A DNA stretch of 64,000 nt from Gemmataceae bacterium (lineage in GTDB: Bacteria > Planctomycetota > Planctomycetia > Gemmatales > Gemmataceae), in assembly GCA_046350275.1 (NCBI GenBank), contig JAXMAS010000005.1:13224-77223 (forward strand), given 5' to 3'. Shown here piece after piece: positions 17,916 through 28,100 of this stretch. Each line of letters begins with the position of its first letter. The stretch's first letter is position 1. The position numbers were made by a program, and so were the translations under genes. Below the pieces are notes generated by a model, which ran no database searches, was not told the origin of the DNA, and saw only the letters and a list, made by a program, of their open reading frames with translations.

Positions 17916-18374
17916 ATGAGCAATCTCAAGGGTCGCTACATCTACGAGTATGAACGGCCCGCGGTGACGGTCGATATCGCCGTCGTTACGCGCGAAGCCG
18001 ATCCGAGGATTCTGCTCATTCGCCGGAAGGACGATCCGTTCGCGGGTGCATGGGCACTGCCGGGAGGCTTCGTCGATCCCGGCGAGACACTTGCCGATGC
18101 GGCGCATCGCGAGCTGCGCGAGGAAACGGGCCTCGGCGAGGTCGATCTCGAACAACTGGCGGCGTTTGGCGATCCCGGTCGCGATCCGCGCGGCTGGACC
18201 ATCACAGTGACCTTCCTGGTCCGTGTGGATGCCAAGCGGGTCACGCCGATGGCGGGCGACGATGCCGCCGCGCTGAGTTGGCATTCGCTCGCATCGCCGC
18301 CGACGCCACTTGCCTTCGACCACGACCAGATGATAGCGCGCGTGCGGGCACGACTTGCCGCGTTTGCACCGTAG
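17916..18374 (+). CDS. NUDIX hydrolase (ADP-ribose pyrophosphatase-like)
   Basis: The Nudix box GGFVDPGETLADAAHRELREETGL fits GX5EX7REUXEEXGU. Confidence 0.8.
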   Translation: MSNLKGRYIYEYERPAVTVDIAVVTREADPRILLIRRKDDPFAGAWALPGGFVDPGETLADAAHRELREETGLGEVDLEQLAAFGDPGRDPRGWTITVTFLVRVDAKRVTPMAGDDAAALSWHSLASPPTPLAFDHDQMIARVRARLAAFAP

Positions 18375-18399
18375 CATCGACGAATTTTCCCACATTTTT

Positions 18400-18428
18400 T
18401 TGCATTCGATTTGCGGCCGCGTTATATT
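18400..18428 (+). promoter_or_regulatory. Near-consensus sigma70-type promoter TTGCAT-N17-TATATT preceded by a T-run, about 65 nt upstream of the large membrane-protein gene
   Basis: Read directly from cacatttttttgcattcgatttgcggccgcgttatattcgg. The spacer is exactly 17 nt. Confidence 0.4.
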
Positions 18429-18492
18429 CGGCCGGCGGCGACGCCCAACTCTCCAAGCGTCGTATCTCCTTTCCTGCCGCGAGGATGCCCAC

Positions 18493-21321
18493 ATGTCCAC
18501 CGCGTCCGCCCCCGAACTGTCCGCCGATTGGCGCGATTTGTTCACGGCCATCGGGTTTGCGCGCGATCGTTTTGCCAATTGGGCAAAAGACGGAACCGCT
18601 CGCACGGATCTGGCCACGTACTACTCCGACTTGCTGACCAAGCTCAATGCCGACGCCGCGTCCGGTCAGCCGCTGCCGAGCGATCCATACCTTCCGCCGC
18701 TCGAAGGACCGGACCCGAAGTTCGGCGTGTTGCGATGCTGGAAGTTCGTTGCGAACGAGATTCGTCGCCGCGAAGACGCCGGTCACCTGACGGCCAACGC
18801 CGCTCATGCTTGTCTCAATGACGTGCATGGACGCATGAAGTACTTACGCCGCCGACTCGATGCTGAGCCGCCGATGGTCCATCCAGCACCGGACGAGCGA
18901 GTCGTGATCGCGACACCCCGTAAGCCGATCATGGAATTGCTACTCGACCCGCGCAGCATTCAATGGCTTCTCGCGGCGGGCGGCGGCTTGTTTGTCCTTG
19001 GAGCCGTCCTGTACCTCTATTCCAAGGGCGTTTTCGAGAACAAGCTGTTCGTCGCCTGCGGTCTGGGGGCCGCCAACACCGCAGCGCTCGTCAGCGGCTG
19101 GGCGATTGTACGACGCACCCGCTACCAAATGGCCGGCCGGGCGCTGACACTGCTGGCGTGTCTCGTCATGCCGCTCAATCTTTGGTTCTACCACGCCCAA
19201 GGCCTCGTGACGCTCGATGGGCACCTGTGGGTCGCGGGCGTCGTGGTCAGTGCGCTCTACGCTGCAACAGCCTGGGTCGTCCGCGAACGGACATTTGTGT
19301 CCGTGTTCGTGGCCGGTGTGGCCATGACGGGCCTGCTGCTACTGGCCGACCTGAACCGGTTCTGGGAGATTGCAGCGCCGAGTACGTTCCTCGTCGTCTT
19401 TGGGCTAGCGGCGATTCACGTCGAGCGGGCGTTTCCCGAAGGCGACGGGCCGTTTACGCGCAAGTCGTTCGGCCGAGGCTTCTTCGAGGATGGACACGCC
19501 AGCCTCGCGGTCGGCCTGTTGCTCCTCCTCGGAGCCCAATTGGCAGGGCATTGGTTCTACCCGTTCTTCCAGGATACCTACAGGTCGCTCCAGGCTCTGC
19601 CGTCGCCAGTCGTCACCGAGCCGTGGGGCCAGTGGTTGGCCCTCGGTTTGGTTGTCGCCGGGATATATGCGTACCTGTACTCGGACCTCGTCGTCAGGCG
19701 ATCCGGCTTTTTCGCCGCGGCCGCGGCCGGATGCTGCGTCTGGGCCGAAATACTCGCGCTCGAACTGCTGAAGCTGCCGGCTGGCACAGAAATCGTTCTG
19801 ATGGCGCTGGCTGGCACGTCGCTCGCTGTCAACGCCATTGCCGCGACCCGACGGCCTGTGGCACGATCGTTGCCCACGTTGGGCCTGGTTCTCGCGCTCG
19901 TCCCATTGGCTCTTGGCTTGGTCTTGCATTATCGCTCGACGAATCTGGCACTTCCGTCGTGGCGATATTCGGGTGGCTGGCCATTTGTCGGCGCGATGGC
20001 GCTCACAGTGGTCGCTTGCCGATTCGGGGCTCAGGTGAGCCGCGAAGAAGGTCGGCGGCGGATGTCGATCTACTTCTTCGCGACGGCCGCGGCCGAGATG
20101 GTTGGTGCGGCTGCGCTATTGCGGCAACTCGGCTACGCAACCTGGGACCAGCAAGCGTGGTTGCTCATGCTGATCCCGATCGCTCACGTCATCGCGGCGC
20201 GGTTGTACGCGGGCAAACCGTGGGCAAGCCCGGTGTTTGCAGCCGGACAGGCCGCGACGTTCGTCATGCTCGCGTCGAGTGTGGTAGCAACCCTTGGATC
20301 CGTTCTCGACTTCCAGCACGGATCGCTAAACCTGACGCTCGCGGGGTTCTTCGCAGAGGCCGCGTTGTTCTTTGCCTTGACGGCTGTACTGCACGGCCGG
20401 GCGAGCGGTGTCTACTGGGCGGCCGTGACCGGATGTGCGGCCGTATGGCAGGGCTTGCTTTACTTCGGTGTCCCGGATGAGCTTTACGCAGCGGCGTTTG
20501 CCGCTCTTGGGATGATCCTGTTGATCGCATACCGGCTGGCGTCGACGGATGGCGTTGGCCGGTTCACGGGTTCGCGCGCCGGCTTCGACAGTGCGAATGG
20601 CTTGCTCACGGTGGCATTTGTCGCAGCGACACTGATCGGCCTTCGGACGCTACTATCCGATAGCGCCAGTTGGCGATCGGTGGGGATTTGCACCCTTCAC
20701 GCGATCGCCGCATTGGTCGCTGCGGCCGTGGTTCATCATGACGGCTGGCGGCGCGGTTATCTGGTTGCCGCCGTTGCCCAGAGCCTGCTCGCCCTCGTGA
20801 CACTGCAGGCGTTGAGCATGTTGTCGATGTGGCAAAAGGCCGAATTGTTCGCGACGGCCGCCGGCCTGTTGCTCCTCGTGGCTGGCCACGTGGGTTGGTA
20901 TCGCGAACGCGACTCGGAGAGTGACGGCGTATCGACCCTGCTCGGTTTCGGTAGCGTTCTCGTCATGGTGCCGCTCACCGCCGGTTTGCTGTGGTATCGT
21001 TCGACACCCGCGTTCTCGTGGCCCGAGGAACTTGGTGTCCTGACCCTGGGCCTCGGACTCCTGGTCAGTGGATCGATGCTGCGAATCAAGTCCACGACGC
21101 TGGCCGGTGTCTCGATGGTGACTGCGTTTGTCGTCACGTTGCCACTCTATGCCCGAGGAATGTTGAAGGAGCTACAGACGACGGCGATTCTGATGACGAT
21201 CGGTGGCGGCCTGGTGTTCGGAATCGGGCTGGCCCTGGCGATGTTCCGCGACCGATTGCTAACGCTTCCAGATCGCATCCGCAAACGCGAAGGAGTATTT
21301 GCAGTCCTCGGGTGGCGCTGA
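18493..21321 (+). CDS. Large polytopic integral membrane protein (about 940 aa, roughly 25-30 predicted TM helices) with a roughly 170-aa soluble N-terminal domain
   Basis: An internal ATG gives MSTASAPELSADW. After about residue 190 the sequence is almost entirely hydrophobic helices separated by short loops. No catalytic motif was recognised. Confidence 0.55.
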   Translation: MSTASAPELSADWRDLFTAIGFARDRFANWAKDGTARTDLATYYSDLLTKLNADAASGQPLPSDPYLPPLEGPDPKFGVLRCWKFVANEIRRREDAGHLTANAAHACLNDVHGRMKYLRRRLDAEPPMVHPAPDERVVIATPRKPIMELLLDPRSIQWLLAAGGGLFVLGAVLYLYSKGVFENKLFVACGLGAANTAALVSGWAIVRRTRYQMAGRALTLLACLVMPLNLWFYHAQGLVTLDGHLWVAGVVVSALYAATAWVVRERTFVSVFVAGVAMTGLLLLADLNRFWEIAAPSTFLVVFGLAAIHVERAFPEGDGPFTRKSFGRGFFEDGHASLAVGLLLLLGAQLAGHWFYPFFQDTYRSLQALPSPVVTEPWGQWLALGLVVAGIYAYLYSDLVVRRSGFFAAAAAGCCVWAEILALELLKLPAGTEIVLMALAGTSLAVNAIAATRRPVARSLPTLGLVLALVPLALGLVLHYRSTNLALPSWRYSGGWPFVGAMALTVVACRFGAQVSREEGRRRMSIYFFATAAAEMVGAAALLRQLGYATWDQQAWLLMLIPIAHVIAARLYAGKPWASPVFAAGQAATFVMLASSVVATLGSVLDFQHGSLNLTLAGFFAEAALFFALTAVLHGRASGVYWAAVTGCAAVWQGLLYFGVPDELYAAAFAALGMILLIAYRLASTDGVGRFTGSRAGFDSANGLLTVAFVAATLIGLRTLLSDSASWRSVGICTLHAIAALVAAAVVHHDGWRRGYLVAAVAQSLLALVTLQALSMLSMWQKAELFATAAGLLLLVAGHVGWYRERDSESDGVSTLLGFGSVLVMVPLTAGLLWYRSTPAFSWPEELGVLTLGLGLLVSGSMLRIKSTTLAGVSMVTAFVVTLPLYARGMLKELQTTAILMTIGGGLVFGIGLALAMFRDRLLTLPDRIRKREGVFAVLGWR

Positions 21322-21498
21322 AACCGATGGGGTCGCCTGGGTGTAAGCTCCTTAGCGACCACTAGCCAAGAATCTTGAGTGCGGTTACACTGATAGCATG
21401 ACGTTGTCGCGGCTACTTCCGCTGGCGATTCTCCTTGCACCCCGTGCTGGGGCCAGGGTTTCGTAACGGGGTGACGCCCGAGACCGAACTCACACGAC

Positions 21499-21530
21499 GG
21501 CCCTGGCACCCGAAAGCGGGTTCCAGGGCC
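21499..21530 (+). promoter_or_regulatory. Stable hairpin (about 14 bp, one mismatch, GAAA-like loop) 25 nt upstream of the leuA start codon; possible leader or attenuator structure
   Basis: GGCCCTGGCACCCG-aaag-CGGGTTCCAGGGCC was read directly. The leader is about 230 nt long. Confidence 0.3.
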
Positions 21531-21554
21531 GCAGCCGTTTCCTGAGGCCGAGCC

Positions 21555-23153
21555 ATGCCGACCGACCCGAACCGCCTCATCATCTTCGATACCACGCTGC
21601 GCGATGGCGAACAAAGCCCCGGCGCGAGCATGAACCTCGCGGAGAAGCTCGAAATTGCGCATGCCCTGCGCGATCTCGGCGTGGATGTGATCGAAGCCGG
21701 CTTCCCCATCGCGTCGATTGGCGACTTCGAGGCGGTCGAGCGCATCGCGCGGGAAGTCGAAGGCCCGACGATTGCAGGGTTGGCCCGGTGCAACGACCAG
21801 GACATCGACCGCGCCTGGGAGGCCGTCAAGGACGCCGCCAAGCCGCGCATCCATACATTCATTTCGACTTCCGACATCCACATCGAGCGGCAGTTTCGCT
21901 CGAACCGCAAGGCGATCCTCCAGCGCGCGCGCGAATGCGTCGCACGAGCGAAGGCATTCTGCGCTGACATCGAGTTTTCGCCGATGGATGCCACGCGCTC
22001 GGATCGCGACTACCTGTACGAAGTCCTTGCGGTCGCCATTCAAGCCGGTGCGACGACGCTGAACATTCCCGACACCGTCGGGTATGCGACACCCGCCGAG
22101 TACGGCGACCTGATCGCCGGCATTCGCAAGAACGTTCCCGGTGCCGATAAGGTCATTCTCTCCACCCATACCCATGACGATCTGGGTGTGGCCGTAGCCA
22201 ATTGCCTGGCCGGCATCCAGGCTGGGGCACGGCAGGTCGAAGTCACGATCAATGGCATCGGTGAGCGGGCGGGCAATGCGTCGCTCGAAGAGGTTGTCAT
22301 GGCCCTGGCAACGCGCAAGGATGTGTACGGCATCACGACCGGTATCAACACGCGACTCCTAGTCCCGGTGAGCCGCAAGCTGACGCACGTGACCGGCCTG
22401 GTGGTCCAGCGGAACAAGGCGATCGTCGGGCAGAATGCGTTCGCGCACGAGTCCGGTATTCACCAGGATGGCATCCTCAAGGACCGCACAACTTACGAGA
22501 TCATGCGCCCCGAAGACGTGGGTCTGACCGATACCGAACTGGTACTCGGCAAGCACAGCGGTCGGCACGCGCTGCGACAACGGGTACTCGAGTTGGGTTA
22601 CCACTTGGACGACGCCCAGTTTCAGAAGCTCTTTGAGGCCTTCAAGGGTTTGGCCGATCGCAAGAAGGCCATCTACGACGCCGATGTGGAAGCGCTGATT
22701 GAGGCCCAGATTCACCGCGGGCCGAGCGGAGCCGTGTGGACATTGGAAGCGTTTACGACCAATGCGGGCACCGGCACAATTCCGATGGCCGCAGTCTGCT
22801 TGTGGCGGCAGGACGGCACGATTCTGAAGGACGCATCGATGGGCGACGGACCGATCGACGCAGTCTTCCAATGTATCGAACGAATTACCGGCATCGAAGA
22901 TGTGACGCTCAAGGACTACCGCGTTCGCAGTGTGACCGTCGGCGAAGACGCGCAGGGCGAAGCGGTCATCGAAGTCGAACATTGCGGCAAGACTTACCGT
23001 GGCCGTGGCGTCAGCACCGACATTGTCGAGGCCAGTGCTCAGGCGTTCTTGCAGGTCATTAACCGTATTGCCCTCAAGCAGTCGAACGAGCGCGTGATCC
23101 GACCGACGGATGCACCGGCGCAGGCTCGCGAGGTCGTTGGCGCGGGGACCTGA
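21555..23153 (+). CDS. leuA: 2-isopropylmalate synthase (possibly citramalate synthase)
   Basis: The N-terminus LIIFDTTLRDGEQSPGASMNLAEKLEIAHALRDLGVDVIEAGFP is the HMGL-like LeuA signature. At 532 aa it includes the C-terminal LeuA dimerisation/regulatory domain. Confidence 0.85.
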   Translation: MPTDPNRLIIFDTTLRDGEQSPGASMNLAEKLEIAHALRDLGVDVIEAGFPIASIGDFEAVERIAREVEGPTIAGLARCNDQDIDRAWEAVKDAAKPRIHTFISTSDIHIERQFRSNRKAILQRARECVARAKAFCADIEFSPMDATRSDRDYLYEVLAVAIQAGATTLNIPDTVGYATPAEYGDLIAGIRKNVPGADKVILSTHTHDDLGVAVANCLAGIQAGARQVEVTINGIGERAGNASLEEVVMALATRKDVYGITTGINTRLLVPVSRKLTHVTGLVVQRNKAIVGQNAFAHESGIHQDGILKDRTTYEIMRPEDVGLTDTELVLGKHSGRHALRQRVLELGYHLDDAQFQKLFEAFKGLADRKKAIYDADVEALIEAQIHRGPSGAVWTLEAFTTNAGTGTIPMAAVCLWRQDGTILKDASMGDGPIDAVFQCIERITGIEDVTLKDYRVRSVTVGEDAQGEAVIEVEHCGKTYRGRGVSTDIVEASAQAFLQVINRIALKQSNERVIRPTDAPAQAREVVGAGT

Positions 23154-23175
23154 ACGAAGCTATAGAACCGGGCGG

Positions 23176-23201
23176 CGGCAGCGGTGGTTGGCCCGCTGCC
23201 G
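23176..23201 (+). terminator. Hairpin (9-bp stem CGGCAGCGG/CCGCTGCCG) 23 nt after the leuA stop; putative terminator
   Basis: Read directly. No T-run follows. Confidence 0.3.
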
Positions 23202-23282
23202 TGGCCACCCGCTTCTTGCCCGCTTGTGCGCACGAACCTACGGTAACTACGGATATCCGCCCACGCCCGTGTGGTTCCAGCT

Positions 23283-24167
23283 ATGTCCGTCGCGACCGTG
23301 TGCCCGTACTGCAACGCTCGGCTGCGCGTCCCCGAGACGAAGCCGGGAGCGGCCATTCGTGTCAAGTGCCGCGTTTGCCATAGTCACTTTCACCCGACCG
23401 TCGTGATGGCCCCCGGGGCTGCGGATGTTCCGTCGGTCGCGCCTCGGCCAGTCACAGCGCCGCACCCCATCGAGGAACCTGCCGTTCCCGTCCGGTCACC
23501 GGATGCTAGCGAACGCCGTCGCGAGCGCCGCATAGCGGCACGAGAGCGGTTGCGCCAGCAAAAGTCTCGCGAGACGGAAAGCCGCAAGCTCGGCTCGCTC
23601 GAATTGCTCCTGGCTGGTGGACTCGTGTGCGGTGGCCTCGTGGCCGTGGCGGCCCTCGTCTGGCAGACATTTCGGCCCAACTCAGCAGGGGTGCCTTCCG
23701 AATCGTACGCCCTCCCAACGGACGGCGATCGAAGGACGGGACAACGCTCGGAATCGCATCTGCCGCCTGTCGATGTTCCCATCAAATCGGTACTCGCTCC
23801 GGACATCGATCGTCCACTGCCGGCGCGACTTTTCGGTCTATGGGATTTGCGATCCGACGATATCCGCCGCGGGACGCTGGAGTTTTCGCCATCCGGCATG
23901 TTGTCGGCCCGAGCCTGGATCGACACGGAAGAGAGCATCCCGTTCCAGGGCAAATGGCACGTAATTGGGGAAGACAACGACGAATTTCGCGTTGAGGCTG
24001 GTCCAGAGCCGGGCTTGCCAAACAATCTCTTGCTGACGCTCGTCCTGACCGGTCCCGATGCATTTACGGTCAAGGAAACCATCGCTCGCGGAGTTCGCAA
24101 TCGCGAGGCCCAGCGATTCGTCCGCCGTGGGGATCGTCGGCCTACGCCGTCGGACGTTCTGCCGTAA
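23283..24167 (+). CDS. Zinc-ribbon (MJ0042-type CxxC...CxxC) membrane protein, paralog A
   Basis: The architecture is MSVATVCPYCNARLRVPE...KCRVCHSHF, then a Pro/Arg-rich linker, one TM helix (LELLLAGGLVCGGLVAVAALVW) and a C-terminal domain ending ...RFVRRGDRRP. Confidence 0.5.
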   Translation: MSVATVCPYCNARLRVPETKPGAAIRVKCRVCHSHFHPTVVMAPGAADVPSVAPRPVTAPHPIEEPAVPVRSPDASERRRERRIAARERLRQQKSRETESRKLGSLELLLAGGLVCGGLVAVAALVWQTFRPNSAGVPSESYALPTDGDRRTGQRSESHLPPVDVPIKSVLAPDIDRPLPARLFGLWDLRSDDIRRGTLEFSPSGMLSARAWIDTEESIPFQGKWHVIGEDNDEFRVEAGPEPGLPNNLLLTLVLTGPDAFTVKETIARGVRNREAQRFVRRGDRRPTPSDVLP

Positions 24168-24191
24168 CCGGTCGCGTGTCGAAGGTGGGTC

Positions 24192-25016
24192 ATGCCGCTT
24201 ACCGTTGTCTGCCCGCATTGCGCTGCTGCATTGGAACTGGAGCATCCTCCGGCGACCCCTACGCCGATGACCTGTCGATCGTGCGGACAATCGTTTGATC
24301 GCAATTCACCCGCGGTCGAGGTACGTTTTCCGGCGTTTTCCACGCCGCCGCTGTTAGCCACACCGCCTCCGCCTCCGCCTCCAACGTTTACGACGCCCCC
24401 GCTCTCGACATCCGCACGGCCGTCGGCCGAGGGCGACGACCAGTTCGACGGACTACCCACGCCGGTCGTGTTGCCGCGCAATCTGGCCGCTCGCTTCCAG
24501 CCGCAACCGTTTGAGACCGCATTGGGGGCGATTCTGGTCTTGGGCCTTCTGGTGGGCGTCGCACTCGGCGGTGTCGCACTGTGGCGGAGGTGGACGGGCG
24601 GGCCGCGGCCTATCCCAGTCGCTGACGGTGCGACCGACGATGCCGAATTCGCCGCACCGATGGGGCCGCCTAGGTCGGAGGTGCCCGGCGAGTTGGTCGG
24701 CGTCTGGGACGCTCGCACCGGGGCTACCGCGTCGGCCACGCTCGACCTCCGCGATGATGGCTCGGCCGCTTACTCCGGCGCGGATGGCGGGTCGGTTGCC
24801 ACTCCGGTCCGTGGATACTGGATCGCGCGGACTCAGCGGGAGCGGGACTACGTCATCGATTTCGTGCCCACGGGTGGCAGCATGAAGAGCTATCGCCTCA
24901 ATCTCACGCTCGCTTCTCCCGAGATGCTGACGATGACTCGACGCGTCGTGGGAGGAGTCGCTAACCACGACGAGTTACGGTTCGTCCGGCGCTCGCCAGC
25001 GGGGCGGTTGCCTTGA
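24192..25016 (+). CDS. Zinc-ribbon membrane protein, paralog B (tandem duplicate of the upstream gene)
   Basis: The architecture is MPLTVVCPHCAAALELEHPP...CRSCGQSF, then a Pro-rich linker (PPPPPPP), a TM helix (ILVLGLLVGVALGGVALW) and a C-terminal domain ending ELRFVRRSPAGRLP, parallel to paralog A. Confidence 0.5.
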   Translation: MPLTVVCPHCAAALELEHPPATPTPMTCRSCGQSFDRNSPAVEVRFPAFSTPPLLATPPPPPPPTFTTPPLSTSARPSAEGDDQFDGLPTPVVLPRNLAARFQPQPFETALGAILVLGLLVGVALGGVALWRRWTGGPRPIPVADGATDDAEFAAPMGPPRSEVPGELVGVWDARTGATASATLDLRDDGSAAYSGADGGSVATPVRGYWIARTQRERDYVIDFVPTGGSMKSYRLNLTLASPEMLTMTRRVVGGVANHDELRFVRRSPAGRLP

Positions 25017-25138
25017 CCGCGCCACCGTGGTCGGCTACGAAGTTCCAAGAACCGATCGCCAGGAACCAAACGTAGAACGAATGCAGCCCCATCGCTCGCG
25101 GGCCGCAGTTCCGGCATCTCTGCCCGCAAGGATTATCG

Positions 25139-28100
25139 ATGGAATCCGACCAGCGCGCCCGCGCCCCCCGTGCCTTCGACGCGTTGCTTGGCCTGGCGAC
25201 AGTCGTTCTGGCATTCTTGCTTGGTTCGTTTGCCGCGGGCGGAGCGGGCAATCCGGACCTGTGGTATCAACTCGCGGCCGGTCGCCTCGTGGTATCCGGC
25301 GAGTTTCCATTTGGCCTCGACCCGTTCAGCCTTCACGAACCTGCGCCGCCGTGGATTCATCATGCGTGGCTGTTCGACGTGCTGATCTATGGTATCTATC
25401 GCAGTTTGGGTGGGGCGGCCCTGGTGGCCATCAAGGCGGGTTTCGTCGCGCTCATGGCTTTCGTATTGCTCCGGACTCGTGAGCGCAAGACCGATGGGTT
25501 ATGGCCCGCGATCGCGACCGTTCTGGCACTTCTGTCGATGAGCCCACGATTGGGGCTTCAGCCATCGATTGCGTCGTATCTGCTGTTCGCCCTCCTACAA
25601 CTTGCGCTCACACGACCGGCCAGAGCGAAGCGTTGGCAATTGCCAGTATTTGCCGGCATCCTCTTCGCGCTCTGGGTCAACCTCGATGGCGGATTCTGGC
25701 TCGGTTTGATTCTGATCGCGATCCGTCTCGTTGGCGCAACGCTGGACCGCTTTGTGCCGCTGGGCGATGCCGATATCGTCGAGTCGAGTCCCGGTGCCGG
25801 TGATCTGGCGCTGGTTCTCGGGGCGGCAATCGTTGGGTGTCTCATCAATCCGTACCTGGTCGGCGCTCTACTAGCCGTGCCAACCGAGTTCGCGATGCTC
25901 CGCGTTGCGCCGGAATCACGCGGCGAGTGGATGTATCGGAACTTCTACCGGCTGCCCTATTCGGCCGAGTACATTCGCGATGCGGGGATCGTTTCGGTGG
26001 TGGCCTACGGCCTACTGCTTGGCTGCGGCATCATCATGTTCTTCTTCAACGCCGCGGGGTGGCGTTGGGGCCGTGTGCTCGCATGGTTTGCGTTCACCGG
26101 CGCAAGCGTGTTCTATCCGCGAATCGTGCCATACGCCGCGATTGTGGCGGGACCGGCGCTCGCGATGAGTGTCCAATCGGCGTGGTCACGCTGGCTGGCG
26201 AATCGACGAGAAAAGATGACGACGGAAGGCAAGCACGTGCTGGCGTTCGCCGGATCGTTTGGGCGGTTCGTTCCGCTCCTGGCCATCGGCGTGCTGCTCT
26301 TCATGGCCTGGCCCGGTTGGCTTGCGGGCGACCCCGGCGGCACTAAGGGGCTGCGGCGCGTCGCGTGGGTCGTCGAACCTGAAGCGACGCACGAGCGCAT
26401 GGCGAAGCAGTTCGCGGCCTGGTATGCCGACGGCCGCTTGCGGCCGGGCGATGCACGTGGCTTCAACTTCAATCCCGAGTTCGGGTACTACTGTGCCTGG
26501 TTTTGTCCGCCTCAGAAGAGCTTCTTCGACCTACGACTCACCGCGCCACCTGATGTTTGGGCCGACTATTCCAAAGCACACAAGGGGATTCTAAATCTGC
26601 GCGGCGGTGGTGAACCCGGCGATGCTCCGCCGGAGCCGATCCTCGAGAAGTATCGGCTCAACTGCTTTACCGGCAGCGGTGAGGCCATCCTGGAACGTGG
26701 TTTGGCCCGGATCATGATGTCGCAGCCCAATCGTTGGCCGCTCTGGGCCGTCAGCGGACACGGTGCGATCTTTGGGTTCCATAGCGCACCAGGGCCTGAC
26801 CCGATGGCGTACCTCCACGCCGACCCAGTGGCCCTCGCGCTGAATCCTAGCGAGAAGCTGCCGACGCCCCATATCGGCGGACCACCCCAGGTGCCGAGCT
26901 TTTGGGACACGTATCTCGCTGGTACGCCACCAATCCCGCCTGAGACGCACGAATCGGCCCTATGGCTCGTGGCCCATGATGCAGATCAGGCCCGCTTTTT
27001 CCCGACGACAATGCTATGGCAGACGGCGGCGGCCATCGGGCTATCAGCACCGATTGGGCCGGGCACGGCGATCAAGCCATTCGAGCCGTTTTCGTTTGCG
27101 TGGATGACAACGCAGGCCGGCGGCGCGCTTGGCACCTTCGACGCCTGGCGACGCTTCACGCCCGATGGGCGCAAGTCGCGTGCGGAGGCACTTCTAGCCC
27201 TGCGTGCGGCGCGGCGGTCCATCGCCGTGAGTCCAGACGACTACGAAGGCTACCTCCGCGCGATGCGGGCGTACATGGCGTTCGACTCGGACGGGTCATT
27301 CGTGCAGCCGCAACAACTCGTCGCCGCTCGCCAAGTGTTGGCGCGCATTCCCCTGGCGGAGGCTGCCGGGCAAGAGGTCGCGCCAGATGCGATTGGAATT
27401 CACGAGGCGCTCCTGGAAATCTACCAGAAAACGCCGATCCTGCCGAATGCCCAGGTGCCGGCGATCGATCTGATCGCCGAGTCGCTCCAGGCGAGAGTCG
27501 ATTTGGGGAGAGGCCTCGCGGCACGGCGCGGCGCGGCACCGGACTCAGTTCCGAAACAATGGGTAGAAATGGCCGACAAGGTTCGTGAGGAAGTTCAGAA
27601 GCGCATTGTCGATTACGAGAACGCTGCCGGTAAGGCTCCGCCGTCGCGCCGGGCGGTTGTCGCCGTCTCGCGCGGTTTGGCACGAGAAGCCATCAAAGTG
27701 CTGCACGAAGCCGACCCGAAGGATGTTGAACCGGCGATCGCCGAGATCATGACAGGTGTTCTGCTCTTGGCCGGCGAGGGCGAGGAGGCGTTTGCCCTCG
27801 CGAATTCCGCGCTGTTGCGGGGATCGCCCGGGGCAATTGAACAGCGCGTCAAGGCGGCAGCCGCGCTCGGGGACTACGATGCCGGCATGGCGGCGCTGGA
27901 CGAGACGCTGGCTGCGTCAGCCGACTCGCTCGGTCGCCCGCTGGCCTGGTTGCTGCAATCGATGCACTTCCCCGACGCGCCGCCGTACGGTCTGACGCGG
28001 GTGATGACGATGCCGTCGTGGGGTGGCACGAAGGTCGCACCGGACCGCATGTACAGCGGCGACTTCGTGGCCGTCGCACTTGGCGCCCAGCACCGGTTCA

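Noticed and set aside
23390-24739. 449-aa minus-strand ORF spanning both zinc-ribbon genes
   Set aside because: It is antisense to two plus-strand genes with clear motifs. Long stop-free antisense frames are expected at about 68% GC. The translation is low-complexity and Arg/Gly/Ser-rich.
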